Below are positions 1 to 14,285 of a DNA stretch of 64,000 nt, piece after piece (the first letter of the stretch is position 1; every line of letters starts with the position of its first letter). Both the position numbers and the translations under genes were made by a program. The notes below the pieces were generated by a model. That model had not been told where the DNA came from. It was given only the letters and a program-made list of their open reading frames with translations, and made no database searches. The stretch spans positions 129,952,001 to 130,016,000 of the forward strand of contig OX597816.1 in assembly GCA_951406725.2 (NCBI GenBank). Direction: 5' to 3'. The DNA is from Octopus vulgaris. Taxonomy: Eukaryota.

Positions 1-249
1 CTGGACAAAATGCTTAGCGACATTTCGTCCGTCTTTACAATCTGGGTTCAAATTATGCGAGTTCGACTTTACTTTTCATCTCCTTTCGGAGTCCATAAAA
101 TAGGTACCAGTTGAGCACTGGAGTCGATGTAATCTTTGGGTGCATCAAGTTTCAGTATGAATAGTTGCAAGCAGAGAGAAGATGAAACCCATCTCTCCCC
201 ACCCCCATTTCAAACTGAAGTTCTCGTTTCTACAATTCTTCATATAAGT

Positions 250-2240
250 AAAGAGCTGATAAAACCTCTAATTGAACAGGAGAATAAAAAGGGAGTTACG
301 TAAACGTTGATTGATGAGGAGATAAGCTAAAATATCGTAGAAACTGTAATCGTAGTCAATGAGCAGCTAGTGCGCAGCTTTCAATAGAATTTTGCAGATT
401 TCTTAGCCAGTCTGACACTAAAGACGTTCTCAAGCAATTTTGGTTATACCAGTTTCAATAAGTGACAGGAAGTCAATGTCGGGGGGCGCTATGGCCCAAC
501 ATAGCTGGTGCGTTTTCATCTCTCAGTCACCTTACTATGCAGTAACTTTATGTATTCTATTTCTCATCATGATTTGGTAGTTTCTCATGGGAAGGCTTTG
601 ATCATGTGCTGCTATCCATCGACCTCAGCTTTCAGTATTGCAATTTTCACCCAGTGCCGCAGATTTTTACTGCGTACTGCTACCCTACTCAGCTTTATCA
701 CATATTGGCAATGCAGACGATTTTCCTGACATCGTTTTACATAACATTCTACAGTCCTTCTATTGTTATTTCTTCTTTTTCGTCGCAACTATCTGTTATT
801 TCAGCTTGTTTTGGATTTGTAGGCTTCCTTGCAGACAGAAAACGGTTTTTGCTTGTTTGGTTCGTGTTTTGTAGCTGTTTATTTTATTTTTACATTATTC
901 TTTACTAGATTTTTTGTAGTCCTATAACGGCTATTAAATAAATAGTTTACTAGTTGCATAAAAACCTTACCCTACATGGTAAAAATTTTTTTTTTGTGAG
1001 TTAGATTTTACTCCTTTCTTTTGCATGACGTGGTGTTGTAATTATTAAGGTAATGCATCTATAACACACCATCCTAACTTTATCTTCCATTTGTTTTTTT
1101 GCTGTACACTCTATTTCATTGATTATAAGTATTTGCAAGTCTATGTTCGTTGTAATTCTTAGTTACTTTATCTAGCATGATGTTAGTATTTTCAATAAAC
1201 ATTCCTCTTTTCATTGTGGCCTTTCTAACCTGTATGCCGTGTCAATTTCTCTTATATTCTATATACTCTTTACAATGGTGTTTTATCTAAGTCCGGTTCA
1301 GCTTAACATGCAAGTTACAAGTTTGAGGTCCAGAAAGTAAAGGAGTTGAGAATATTTTACATCTCATGGAGATGTATTTAATTTTTATAAATTCCGTCTT
1401 GTATGTATCTGCAAAAATTATTAACCATTTACTCTTGACATCCTTCACGTATCTTCTTATTGCTAGGACTATCTTTCACATAATTGATGTCTCCAGATTC
1501 ACGTGAGTGAAACATGGTCAAAAGTCTTCTGGTAATCAATCCATGTTATATTCAAACATTTCTTTTTCTTCTTCGGTCTTCAGTTATAGCCTTGTTGATC
1601 AGTAACCGATCTTTAACACCATGAAGGCTTTGCAGCATCTTCGGAAAGCATCTCCAACCATCAGCTCCTTGCAGCATATTTTGCTCTTCTTGAAACATTT
1701 GTTATATTTTGTCTTGTTTTGTTTTCGCGTATCTATTTACTTTCTACGATATATTTGCTTTGTATGTCATAGGATTTGTTGTTTCTTTAATCTAAGAGAT
1801 TAAATTGGATTTCCTGCCAGTGTGTTTAGTCAAGTGTTTTTTCTGACCCCATCAATATCTCGTTAAACTCCTCTAGCAACTGATGTCTCTGCTAAATATT
1901 TTAATCATTGTTTGGAACTTTATCATGTCTTAGTGCTTTCCAGTAGGGGTTTTTCTTTTCTTTATTTTTTTTCGGGTTTTTTTTTTGTAGTGCTTCGGTT
2001 ACTTTTCCGTTGTGAAGGCCTTTCGCGATTGTTCAGATATTATGTACGCTGCTTCAAACAATCTCGACTTCGGTGATTCTTTCCTTGTTCATTTTCTTCC
2101 CAAAAATTCTTCTACTCCCCTTGCTACGGATGCTGCTTTGATTTCTATTTTATTTTTATCGAGTTTTGGATAAAAATCGTCTTAAGTCGAAATTATACTG
2201 TTTCATTCAAATAATTAACCGTTTTGTATACCCACCGATT
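250..2240 (-). mobile_element. Highly decayed R4/Dong-like non-LTR retrotransposon RT fragment
   Basis: Minus-strand remnants WIDYQKTFD (about 1520-1550), EEQ...KDRLLINKAI (about 1585-1690) and PYWKA...LKYL (about 1890-1950); many stops. Boundaries approximate. Confidence 0.65.
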
Positions 2241-2281
2241 TATTGCGATTTAGCAATGAATCAAGTGTTCTTTGGTTTCAG

Positions 2282-2287
<6 letters not shown>

Positions 2288-2343
<56 letters not shown>
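2288..2343. repeat. (CT)n microsatellite
   Basis: Direct inspection. Confidence 0.95.
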
Positions 2344-2346
<3 letters not shown>

Positions 2347-2859
2347 CCTCTCTCTTTATATATATATATATATAATATTTGCCTCCTCCTTCCTTTTTTG
2401 TATCATTTTGTTGTTGATTTCACTGACGTTTAACAGATATTTTCTTTTACGTTCTACATTCTTTCCTGCATATTTATCTTCATGCTTGTTTGAGATTAGA
2501 TCTGAAGGAGTACTCACTTTTCTTTATGATTATAGTAGCTACTGCACATTTATTTCATTTAAGCTGGTGATATTGGTGTTCGTTAGCACACCAGACAAAA
2601 AATGCTTAACGGCATTTCGTCCATCTTTACGTTCTGAGTTCATATGTCACCGAGATCGACTTTGTCTTTCATCCTTTCGGGGTCTATAAAAATAAGTACC
2701 AGTTGATCACTTGAGTCATTGTAATCGACTAGCCCTCTTCTCTAAATTTCGAGCCTTGGTGCCTGCAAGAGAAAGGATTATTAATTCCCTTTTCATCTCT
2801 AAATCTATCCTCGTTCCATCAGGTGCTCATTCATTGTTTGTCACTTGCGCTTTACTTAT

Positions 2860-4075
2860 GATTATTATTACTTGATTATGAAAACTCAGCTTATTTTGCT
2901 GGGTATGGTGGAAAATGTCAGCTGTCTACAGCCAGCAGACTAAGGTGACACTTGTTCACTGGTCATTCTTTCAAGAACTCTACGAAGAATTCTTACAGTT
3001 TCAAGCAATGCTGATTTTTGTAAGTGTTCTACCTTTACATCTGTACCAATCTTTTTGAGCCATGTTGGTAGTTGAGTGCTAATACTTCCAAGTGCACTAA
3101 TTACTATTAGTATCACGTCTATTCTCCTCATTGACCACAATCTTCGTATTTCCCACTTCAAATTGTCGTAGTTGTTCAGTTTTTCTTCTTTCTCTTTGAT
3201 CCGGGAGATATAAGTGCTTCTGTTTCTATCTTCAGGTCACTCCTCATCCATAGCCACCGGTCTTCAGTATCTGTTCGTATCTCTTGCAAACTGACCGTAC
3301 ATTTTTTCTCCTTCCATACTGTTTCTTTTTTATGTGTTCTTTTCCTCTTTAAGTTTTTTTCTTTCTTTACACAATTATCAGTTTTAATGACTCCGAACTC
3401 CTTCACATATTCAACAATGGTTCCACGATATTTGTTACATACCACCTTAAGTTGTTTCCCTCTGTTTCGATACAATCCTGGCAACTGGTCGAACCTCTCC
3501 CACCGTTTCTTCTGGACAAGTACAGCCTATCGGTGTCACTGTTAGCGTGGAAGGCTCCGTGCACAGTCAATATTTTTCTTGTCTTCGTATCCATGTTCAT
3601 CAGTTCTTTCTTTTGCCATTTTATGGTTCTAGCTCCATACCAAAGTGATGCTATTGCCCATGAATTAACTCCCTGGATTTTATTCCATCCTGTCAATTTT
3701 GAGCGCAACACCAGTTTTAGTCTTCGGAAATATTCCATCCTCAGTTATTCTTTCATTTCCTTCTCCATGATTTCGTTGAACTCTAGTATGCCAAGGCATT
3801 TGTAGCTTTCCTTGTCAATTTGTTTAATCGGTTCTCTATTACATAATTCTATCCCTGCTAGGGACTGTACCTTGCCCCTTTTCAGGTACATTATACCACA
3901 CTTCTTGAGTTCGAATTCCATTCTAATATCAGTACTAAAACAGTGGACCGTGTTCACCAAAGAAATCACTTGTGCCTCATCTTTGCCATCCAGCTTCAAC
4001 TCATCCATGAAGAGGAGGTGATTGATTGTTTGAGATTTTCCCTTTAACTGATATCCCAGGATACCTTCCTCATCG
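2860..4075 (-). mobile_element. R4/Dong-clade (REL endonuclease) LINE, 3' part, pseudogenised
   Basis: HLLFMDELKL, MEFELKKC, YKCLG, RLYLSRRNGGRG, IVISALG and LQKSALLETVRILRRVL in minus-strand ORFs. Confidence 0.88.
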
Positions 4076-4757
4076 TCGTCGTCGTTGTAACCGTCATCAT
4101 CATCATCATCATCATCATCATCTTCATCTTCAGTCGACTATACTCCTACTCCAAATTTAAGGCTTTGTGCCTATTTAAGACATCATCATCATCATCACAA
4201 GAAGAAGAATTTTTATTTGATTTTGCAATCGTAGGATGTGCTTTCGCTTCACTCATAAATTGAAACGCGGAAAAAGAAAAAGAATTCAATTTAATTCAAT
4301 GAAAACTTGAATGTAATATTTTATTGAATTTTTATTTGAGAGTCATTTTGTATTTCAATTCACACCACCCATGCCATCACCTCCGCAGTTTTGTTTATAA
4401 ATATATTGCCCCCCCCTCTCTCTCACCCTCGCGCTCTCTCTTCCTTTCTCTTTCTCTCTCTCCCTCTTCCTCTCTCTCCCCTCTCATGCTATATCTTTCT
4501 CCTGCATAAAAATCATGTAAGCTATAAGAACTTAAATGAAAGTTTCCAGCTGTAGTTGATAAAACTCGCAATTATTATTATTGTCCTGCTTGTACCCAGC
4601 AGGTCGAGCTGACTTGGTAACAGCAAACAGATGTAAAATAATCAATATTATATCTGTTGGCTTGATAGTCACAAGGGAAGTTTGACCAGAACTTAGCAAC
4701 AGCACAGCATCGTGTCTGTCATGCGCCATAAATATCAGTGTGATAACAGATTTTTTT

Positions 4758-4810
<53 letters not shown>

Positions 4811-5028
4811 CAGAGACAGAAAGACAGGCAGAGACACACAGACACAGGGACGAAGATAAACTTGCATATATATTCCATATATAGAGACAGACAGACAGAC
4901 AGACAGAGATTGAATGGTACTGCCCAGGTGTCGAAACCATAATGATATCTGTGGGGCAGCTGATGATGGAGATATGTTGGATCGTTGGTATGGCAGTGGA
5001 ATAGTATCATAACACATTCTTTTGACAT

Positions 5029-5029
<1 letters not shown>

Positions 5030-5126
<97 letters not shown>
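5030..5126. repeat. (GACA)n(GATA)n microsatellite; another at 4760-4810
   Basis: Direct inspection. Confidence 0.95.
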
Positions 5127-5902
5127 GTGTGTTTGGTGTATAAAGGGTTGAGTACACATACTACCTTGTTTACAAAGTAGAGAATATTCTGGAATATTTG
5201 TCAATGCAGAGTAGAAGAGTATACCAAGATTTTGTGAATATTCATGTATTTGTTCTTGACTAAATAATCTTTTCTGCTATAGATAAGAGGCATGCAATTT
5301 CGGGGGAGGGGACTAGTCGATTACACCGACCCCAGTGCTCAACTGATACTTATTTCATCGACCCCCGAAAGAATGAAAAGCAATGTCGACCAGGCCGTGA
5401 TTTGAACTCAGAACATAAAGGCAGAAGAAATGCCATTTCTTGGTTAAATAATTTTGGTCTATTTACGGTCCTATAACTTAGCGGTTCGACAAAAGAGACT
5501 GATAGAATAAGTGCCGGGGTCGATTTGTTCGATTAAACCCTTCAAGGCGCAGGTCACTAGCTGAAACTAGTAAAAGATAAGATATCTAAGTCAGAGAAGG
5601 AAGAACGGTGCCCAGCATTTTTATCACAGCTTCCGAGGTTGGTGGGAGGAAGGGAGAAAAACACCCTCCAATTGTAGATATGGCTGGAAAGCTTACAACA
5701 GTTTGTGCTCCTCTAAAGGCACCCAAAGGTCATGTGGTACTGTTAAACCACGTGAGACAGATTAAATCTACCAACCAAGAACAAAAACAGCTTCACACTT
5801 GCACCAATCTTTTTCAGCTATGCTAGTAGTTGAGTGCTGATACTTCCAAGTGCACCAGTACTTTTATTATTATTATTATCATTATCATTATTATTATTAT
5901 TA

Positions 5903-5937
<35 letters not shown>

Positions 5938-5939
<2 letters not shown>

Positions 5940-6215
5940 GTTTTACTTTTGCTTTGCATTTGTACAAGTTGGTTCCAAGTCTCAACCAGAGACTTCAAAA
6001 GACAAGTTAGAAGTTCATGTTGGTGTTATGCCCAGGGAGTCATATATTTGATTTTGCACATAGTATTGTTCTAGAGAATGTTTAAGAAAACATAAGAAAA
6101 TTATAAGTTTGTTTTAAAATTTGAGATTACATAGTATTTTACGTAGGATATGGGCAGTTCTCATGAGCACTATCTTTTGAATTTCTGCCATGTGGGGGTT
6201 TCCTTGTATCTGAGA
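5938..6215 (-). mobile_element. R4/Dong-like LINE 3' end with (TAA)n tail
   Basis: EIQKIVLMRTAHILRKIL on minus strand; (ATT)n tract at 5863-5938. Confidence 0.75.
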
Positions 6216-6537
6216 TATTATTATCATTATTATTATTATTATTATCATATAATTGTTCAAGATTTGGTAGTGTGGAGGCAAATTGCTACGGCATCATTTA
6301 CTACACCTCCGTGTTGCTGGGGTGTGTGCAGCATTGTGTATTCTTTTCTATTTTGGGAAATACGCAAACTCTTTCCAGTATTGTTTTGTGTTACTAGTTT
6401 TTCCCTTGAGGTGTGGTGCAGTATTTTGTTGTGTTACTGCTTGTATTGTTTTGAGTGTGTAATGCGTTGGTTATCTAGCTTGCTGGTGGAAGTTTATTTC
6501 ACTGGGTAATTACTGTCTATTATTGTTGTTGTTGTTA

Positions 6538-6750
6538 TGCTTCTTCTTCTTCTTTAATCCCTAGCTGACGACTGGAAAGGGAAGCTGTCTTCTCAACCAG
6601 TACGTAACTGTGGATACTGCTTAATGACGCATTCCGATCCATGGCGCTGGCCTTAACATGCTCGAGTTCGTGACACTGTGACTTCAGGCCTTCTTCAATT
6701 CGTTTCGCCCATGTCTTCTTTGTATTCTTCTTCACCACCCGATCATTAAG
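6538..6750 (-). mobile_element. RTE-clade LINE 3' end with (GAA)n tail
   Basis: KKTWAKRIEEGL...AMDRN C-terminus and GAA repeats. Confidence 0.6.
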
Positions 6751-7562
6751 ATAGTTGCATTTGATTTGAGGAATATCATGCTGCTATTTCAGGGAGGCCT
6801 AGCAACCATGTAGAGCATCTCAACCACCCACCCCACCCGGCTGCTTCATTGGTTTAAAGTGTTTGTCATGATTGTTGTAAGTGAGGATGGAAGCATTAAT
6901 GATGGTTGCAGCTCTAGAGGTGTGAGATGTAATGATATGTGTAGTATTACACCTGACGGCAGCGGTGATGTTGGTGGTTTCAAAGTTGGCTTACAGAAAA
7001 TAGATTGAAGCTGCGAACCGCCAGCTAAAATTTCAGTCAAAGTGATAAAGCTGGAAAACGTGCTAAATATGATATCGTGATTCACACCTTAGCAGCAGGT
7101 CTCTAGGAGGCTGCAATGAAGAAGCTTAGAGTTCCACTTATGATAACATTTATGTAGAATGTTATATCAGATTTTGTTGCACCTTTGGTGGGTAAGACTG
7201 CCAATAAAATACTCTAGTTCATTTCACTATTGATAATTGTTTAATTAATTAATAATAAAAGAAGCTACAATCCATGTGAGCGTTTTTAGTGACAGAATTT
7301 CCATATAATAGTATCTATCTCAACACATGGCTTTATATCACGAATCTTACAACACAAATACAAAAACTAAATACAAAGTCTTAAATTTGACTGTAGAAGA
7401 CAATTAAATAGACCTCGAGTCACAAGATTTTTAAAAGTTTCAATACATAAAATATATATAAAATTTAAAAACCAAAAATATATTAGTTTTAACCCTACAG
7501 ACACTCCTTTAGGGAATTGGAAAAATTTAGATAACATTCTGAATGAGACGAATTCAATTGAA

Positions 7563-7599
<37 letters not shown>

Positions 7600-8746
7600 A
7601 TGATAAAATTTGTTACTCATGAAAGGCATTTTTTTTAATTTATTAGTTTGGTATGGAGAACGGGCTGTACCCATGACCATCACAAGCTCTCTAAGACCGA
7701 TGAGATTAATGCCTTTCACATGATCGTTATTTAACGTTCATGTTCCATGCTGTCATGGGTTGGACGGTTTTATAGGATCCGATGTGTTCAAGAACTGCAT
7801 CGTGCTCCGGTGTCCTTGCGTTCGTCAAAGATGCGTGTAAGTGATGAAAGTAGTTAACGTAGAGAGCTAGAGATAGTAAAAGATTCGGTTTCTGGACCGG
7901 AGCATCACTTTAGGAGAGGCCCAATAGTTAAGATTTACGATAATTGAAGTTACTGAGGACGATAACATCAAGGAACAGTAAAGTGTAATAGATGACCTAG
8001 ATACAGAAATACGAGAAATGATTAAAGAATTGGTAATGGTTCAAGGAGTTCTGAGAGCAGTAGAAGAAACAGATGTAGGGAAGATTTGAACCAGAGTCAC
8101 TGAAAGTCATTGTCGCTGATATCCAGAAGAGTGAGGTGGGTGGCGGGAAGAGTAGAAATTACTATGCACATACATCACCTTTCGTTGTTTGATAGGGTTA
8201 AGAATTTATATTTTAATGAAGAATAATAGGGTGTGTAGTTTGTATGTTGATAGGAGGTGATTTGTGATGGAAGGGTGGTCGACATCGAACTTTGTTCTGT
8301 TGCAAGCATTTGGATCGGGATTCCGATCAGTTTTTCAAAGAATACTTTGGTGATTATCTATCAGTGTTTCTCTCTTCATGTATTGGTGAGAACAACAACA
8401 ACAATAATACAAGAATAGAAGTACAAATGTTATGACACTTAAAACAGAATTTAGAAGATAGCAACAGAAGGAAAAGGAGACAGCAGGAAGTAACGACAAC
8501 AACAGTTTCTGCAAAGTCAATTAACTATTCTATAAATAAGTTTACCTTGTTTCAGTCATTGGACTGTGGCCAAACTGGGGCACTGCCTTCAATGGTTTAG
8601 TAGAATAAATCGATCCCAGTACTTACGTTTAAGTCTGGTACTATTTTCTTTTGAGGGTCTCTGTTACCGAAACCTAATGGGGACGTAAACAAATCAACAC
8701 CGGTTATCAAGCGGGTTAGGGGGTACACACACTCACACATACACAC

Positions 8747-8818
8747 GCATACATACATACATACATACATACATACATACATACATACATACATACATAC
8801 ATACATTCGTACGTACGT

Positions 8819-8857
<39 letters not shown>
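8747..8857. repeat. (CATA)n(CGTA)n(GT)n compound microsatellite
   Basis: Direct inspection. Confidence 0.95.
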
Positions 8858-8859
<2 letters not shown>

Positions 8860-9208
8860 CGATGGACTTCCATAGAGTTTGCAGCTCCCAAATTCACTTA
8901 CAAGGCATTGGTTGGCCCGGGGCGGGGTATAAAAAATATGGCAAAAATAGTTGGTCATGTGACTAAATCTACCGAAAACTAAAAAAATGATCGTCTCAGC
9001 TTCTGTAGTCTTGTAGTGTCATATAAATTTCTTAGTGTTACTTGTTAAGGTTATCTCTACAGATATTCTATAGAAATTATAAGCAGCACTGATTGTTGCT
9101 ACATTTCGTATACGAGGCGTCAGATGTAAACAAACAATGAGATCGAAGATAAGAAAAGGGTAATGGGTGTATGGTTGCATAACGAAATACCGCGTACCTA
9201 AAAATCAT

Positions 9209-9919
9209 TAGTTACCTCCGCCAAGGAAGAAGGTTATGTTTTCATTGACGTTGGTTTGTCCGTCTGTCCGTCTGTGTGCAAAATAACTCAAAAAGTTGCG
9301 AACGGTATTCGATGAAACTCGCAGGAAAAGTTGGTGATGACACAAGAAACAAGTGATGAAATTTTGGTAGTGATCCAGGAATTTTTATGGATTCTTGAAG
9401 GATTTTTCATTATATTTACTTTACATGAAGTATTACCGTTACGTTCTTTGTTTATCTCCCTTGAAAACACGTTTTATTTTCGTTTCTCTATAAGTAATTT
9501 TACTCACGTATCTATCTTACTGGAAACCGATGGATAAAGAGATCAAACTACATAAACAAACGGCGGCGAAACAGTTCAGAAGTTAAATGACACTAACATA
9601 TTCAAGGGTTTCTAAAAGCAGCAGCAGCAGAGGAGGAAGCAGTGGTAGCAACAACTGATGCTGAACCCTTGAGGGATGATTGATACTATACTGACCACAG
9701 AGGGATGTAAAGTAGGTAGGTAGATTTAGTTTGGTAAGGTTAGGATTAGGGTTTTTTTTTAATCATATGGCTGTGCTATTTTTTTGTTTTACCCCTTCCA
9801 AGAAGGTTATGTTTTTTCCGGCGTTGGTTTGGGAAATTGGGCGAATTTCAGCATGCGTGTATATGGGTAGAAATGAGCTGCTTGGCGGAGGTCTGCTCTC
9901 CCCGAGTGCTTTTCTAGTT
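9209..9919 (+). mobile_element. Non-autonomous Helentron-associated element (HINE/DINE-1-like)
   Basis: SubTIR ACCTCCGCCAAG (9214-9225) with inverted copy CTTGGCGGAGGT (9881-9892); (GTCY)n tract; short 3' hairpin; terminal CTAG (9914-9917). Confidence 0.75.
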
Positions 9920-11219
9920 CTTAATGTATCTCAAAAGAGTTTCCAATAACCTGCTTTCAATATTCAGCCAAACGTAGGAGTGTAGCTAGGGGATGCAGCA
10001 AGGGGTGGCCTGCTTCAGGCAACGCTTTTACGGAAGCCGCGCCCGCGCGTTTGGGTCTGCTGTATATTCCTGTATAGACTTGGAGGCCCGAGGCGGTGGT
10101 GGGAGATAAACGCAAAGGCTACCCCAGGTGGCAGATACTCTGGCTTACACTGTTTTAGCTGAGAGCCTAATGGTAAAGTGAGAGTCCAATGAAAGAGTAG
10201 GTATCCAGCGGGTCTAGCTCAGCAGAAACCATACTGAGAGTCACTGAGGAGAAACAGAGAGAGAGAGAGATTTAAATGGAGAGCAGGGAGAGAGAGAGAG
10301 ATTTAAATGGAGAGCAGGGAGAGAGAGAGGGAGTAAGAGAAAGATACAGATCCAAGGTGGAGAGAGAGAGATTGTGTGTGTGTATGTGTGCGTGCGTGCG
10401 TGTGTGTGTGTGTGTGAGTGAGTGTTTGTGTGTGCACGCGTGTGTGTGTATATTTGTATGTGTGTGTATTGTACTGGTATGAACAATAAGTAAGATGTAT
10501 GAGTCTATTGTTCTTTCCTGGCAATTGTGCTCCAAATGTCAACGTAATGACAATATGCATTACAATGACTTTCAGTCTTAGAAGCAGGACTTTGAAGAAA
10601 CTGGATATATTGTTTTTAACATATAAAACCATAAAAGGCAGTGAACTGGCAGAATCGTTAGCACACAGGGCAAATCGCTTAGCGACACTGCATGCTCTGA
10701 GTTCAAATTCTGCTATGGTTGACTTTGCCTTTCATCTTTTGGGGTTGATAAAATAAGTACCAGTTGAGCACTGGGGTCGATGTAACTGATTTAGTGCCTT
10801 CCCTGAAAATGCTTGTCTTTATTAAACCATATATGATATACTTCATAAGTTTTCCAAGTTACAAATGTTAGAAGAGGTATATAGTCAACTGAACTGAGCT
10901 AGTAATGACTGACTGTTACTAATTTTGTTGGTAAAAGAGGGAGAAAATGTATCATATAACATTATTAGCATTATGATACGGTATGATATATCTTTCATAT
11001 TGTGATGTCATATTTGTAAGCTGATAGCCTAACCACAATGACATTTAGACCAAGTGGTTATTTGATCAACAGCATCAAATGTCAAATTGACGCATATTTA
11101 AGAAACGATTTTTGAAGACCAAGTGGTTGTCATCATCATCATCATCCTCATCACCATCATTATCAAAATTATGCTCTTGAGAGCATCCATAAGTTGGACC
11201 ATGCTAACCTTATCTCTTT

Positions 11220-11800
11220 TAATGGCAAAAACAATTCAAGCATTACTTATATCAAGAAAGCACCACTGTACCCATGCTCCAACAAAATATGAGTGTTACT
11301 CAATTAAAAATCTTCACAGTTGCTCTAAATGTTGGCCTCACTATCAGCAACGATCTCACCAAGCAAAAGCCATTCTTAGCATAACTAGGACCACTTCCTC
11401 CAAACTGGCCCTTCATTTTAGAGCCAGCCAATACTTCAGTCCTCAACAGCTATTAACATTCTACAAGACTCAAGTGAGGCCCATAATAGAGTACTGCTCT
11501 CACATTTGGGACAGTACTGCTGCTACACATACTGACATCTTGGATCCTATCCACTTGGCTGATTGGCACTCTATCACTTATGAGTCACACTCCAGCCTCT
11601 GGTCCACTGTCATGTTGTCTCCTCTTTCAGTCCTTTCCATCATTATTATGATAGTCTTTGCACTTCAGAGCTGGCTGGTTTCATACCTCTACCACTTCAG
11701 CATCCCCAACCCACTCTCCCTTTCACATACTAACCACTATGCCCAATTCTTCATCCTCAAAACAATATCTTCCCTACTTGTATCACTCCTGTATCCTAAA
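11220..11800 (+). mobile_element. CR1/L2-group LINE RT C-terminal fragment
   Basis: LLTFYKTQVRPIIEYCSHIW motif; frameshifted. Confidence 0.8.
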
Positions 11801-14060
11801 TGGAACATTACTCAGAGGGCCCACAGGTGTCATTGTCCCTACTCCTTACTCCAAACTCAGCAAGGAAAAGGGAAAAAATGCTTTTATATTGAGAAAACAC
11901 TATTATGTATCCAAGTGTAATTATACTATATATGCAATATTGTCTATGAAACCAAGACTTCTATTATGTGATCAAATCAAGCATTTTCATCTTTAATATT
12001 ATAGGAGATTGTGAGTGGTATCTTCTCCTTCATCCATCTCATATTATCTCAGAGTATTTCTTTCCTTCACGATGTATAATTAATTTACCTGTTCATATAT
12101 TAGCCTTTGATGCTAAGCTGGTTTTACACTTTTACCAGCTCATTTACACTTATTAGTTCTCTCTCTCAATTTCATCATTGCACAGCCAATAGTTTAGACT
12201 CAATTCATCCTACATCAATTGTATAAAATATCATACTTCATAAACATGCTGTCTACCTTATTTTGGCTTGAAAGAAAATCTCTTCATCATCTCAAAAGCA
12301 CTTCCTTAACCCTTTTGATGTCAAAACACATGTTTTAATGAGTTTATACAGTCGAAAATCTCTAATCTGAAATTTCTGAAACTGAAAATGTCAATTTCAG
12401 ATTTTTTTTTAATTTCAAAATATACTTATATATACACCTATACATTTCATAATATAGTTTATAAATAAACTATGAATGTAATGCCATATAAATCTTTAAT
12501 AATTTTTCATACATAAAACCAAGAGAAAAACAAGATATCACTCTCCACCTATGATGTCCTGCTTTGATTAAAATGTTACAGTACTCGTACACTATTTGTA
12601 TTTATCTTTTATTTTACAGGTATTAGGTTTCATGTAAAGTGTAAATACAAACTATTGAAGATGATTACAAGTGAAATGTAAACTGAAAAAAAGGCTGCAT
12701 CATATTTTTAAAGTATAAACAAGTAATGATGCTAGTCATGTTACATTCGTACATAGAGGTCAAATTTAGATCTCATGTAAAAATAACATTTTGTTCTTCC
12801 TATACAAAACAAAACACAATGATCACTGCTTACAAACTCGTGGTAGACAGAAACTGAAAGAAACTTGTTGTCTGTCTGTATGTGAGTGTGTGTGTGTGTG
12901 TGTGTCCGTCCTTGTCCTGACCTTGCACAGTTGTTGTGAAATTCTGCCTGTCCAGGACCCCTGTACCTCAGTCTACATTTACTCTACATAGATATATTAC
13001 ACCTTTTTGGAATCAGGATGATCCCAGGGTTGAAAATCTACCCTTCATTTGGTTCTTGAACATCCAGCATTGGGATCTGATTAAAAAGCATTTCAGTTGC
13101 TATTTCTAGCAGGTAAAACTTGGTTGATTCATACCATCTTGGCTGGCATTTGTCAGATGGCATCAGAGATCAAGGGGGAGATAGATGACATTTGCTTCAT
13201 TAATTTTATGTGAAGACAAGAACTTTGGGACAAATTGGCCAACAGTTGGAGTTCAACTTGGGACTGGAACAATAGAATGATTGCATTACAGAATTAATTC
13301 TCATCCATCCTTAACCTCTGATCAAACACCAGCAAGACACATAGTCATTATAGACATATTATAGTCATGCCATTTAACTCTCTTTAGCCTTCTGCAGGAA
13401 TTAGCTTAAAAGTCCGCGTGAGCTTTTAAGTTAATTCTGGCAATAAGAAAATATTAGTTTGCTTGGAGTCCAACCCATGCAAATATAGAAAAGTAGATGT
13501 TAAAATGATGATGCTGATGCAAAGAAAATAGTTCATATGACCACAAAGTATTAATGGTCTTACTTTGTAGTTATATAAACCAGAGGTATGAAAGAGTAAA
13601 ATGCTTCTGGAAAACCTTGAACAAGTGACACAAATCTTCGAATTTAATTAATTAAAGCAATTAGTAAGAATCTTTACCTACATGTACATATGTATACATA
13701 CACACATACATGCAGATATGCATACATATCATGTTCCTCCATTAGAGCAATGAGGACTCTCTAGTTATCCTTAAGGATGACTGATGACTTGCACAATGAC
13801 TTTCTTTAATCATTTAGCATTCAGATTACTCTGTCAAAAGCAATGCTTATTTATTCCCATTGTTTTGAATTAATCATGCTTTAACTTGTAGCTTTGCGAT
13901 TTTGATGAGGTAACTGTTAATTTTCAGAATATTGTAGTGCTGGTGCGAGAAACCAGATCTGGCCAGTTTGAACATACAACAGGTGGAATATTTTGCCTCA
14001 TCATGCTCTCTACACTCCACAGCTGCCTTCCTTCCATAAAGACATAAAGGTTTCTATTAA

Positions 14061-14285
14061 GGCGGCGAGCTGGCAGAAATATTAGTATGCCGGGCAAAAT
14101 GCTTAGTGGTATTTCATCTGTCTTTACATTCTGAGTTCAAATTCCACCAAGGTTGACTTTGTCTTTCATCCTTTTGGGGTCGATAAATTACACACTGGGG
14201 TCTATGTAATCGACTTAATCCATTTGTCTGTCCTTGTTTGTCCCCTCTATGTTTAGCCCCTTGTGGGCAATAAAGAAATAAGAAA
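14061..14285 (+). mobile_element. tRNA-derived SINE family A, representative copy; others near 1-135, 2570-2780, 5280-5440, 10637-10815, 15465-15665, 24371-24605, 25736-25945, 33455-33620, 37740-37950, 39305-39500, 47700-47960, 60590-60797
   Basis: Shared GGCGGCGAGCTGGCAGAA...GTTCAAATTCC...GACTTTGCCTTTCATCCTTTCGGGGTCGATAAA...AGTACCAG body, resembling a Meta-type central domain. Coordinates approximate. Confidence 0.85.

Noticed and set aside
11123-11920. Longest ORF in the track (265 aa)
   Set aside because: Chance read-through of (CAT)n plus a frameshifted LINE RT fragment; not a host gene.
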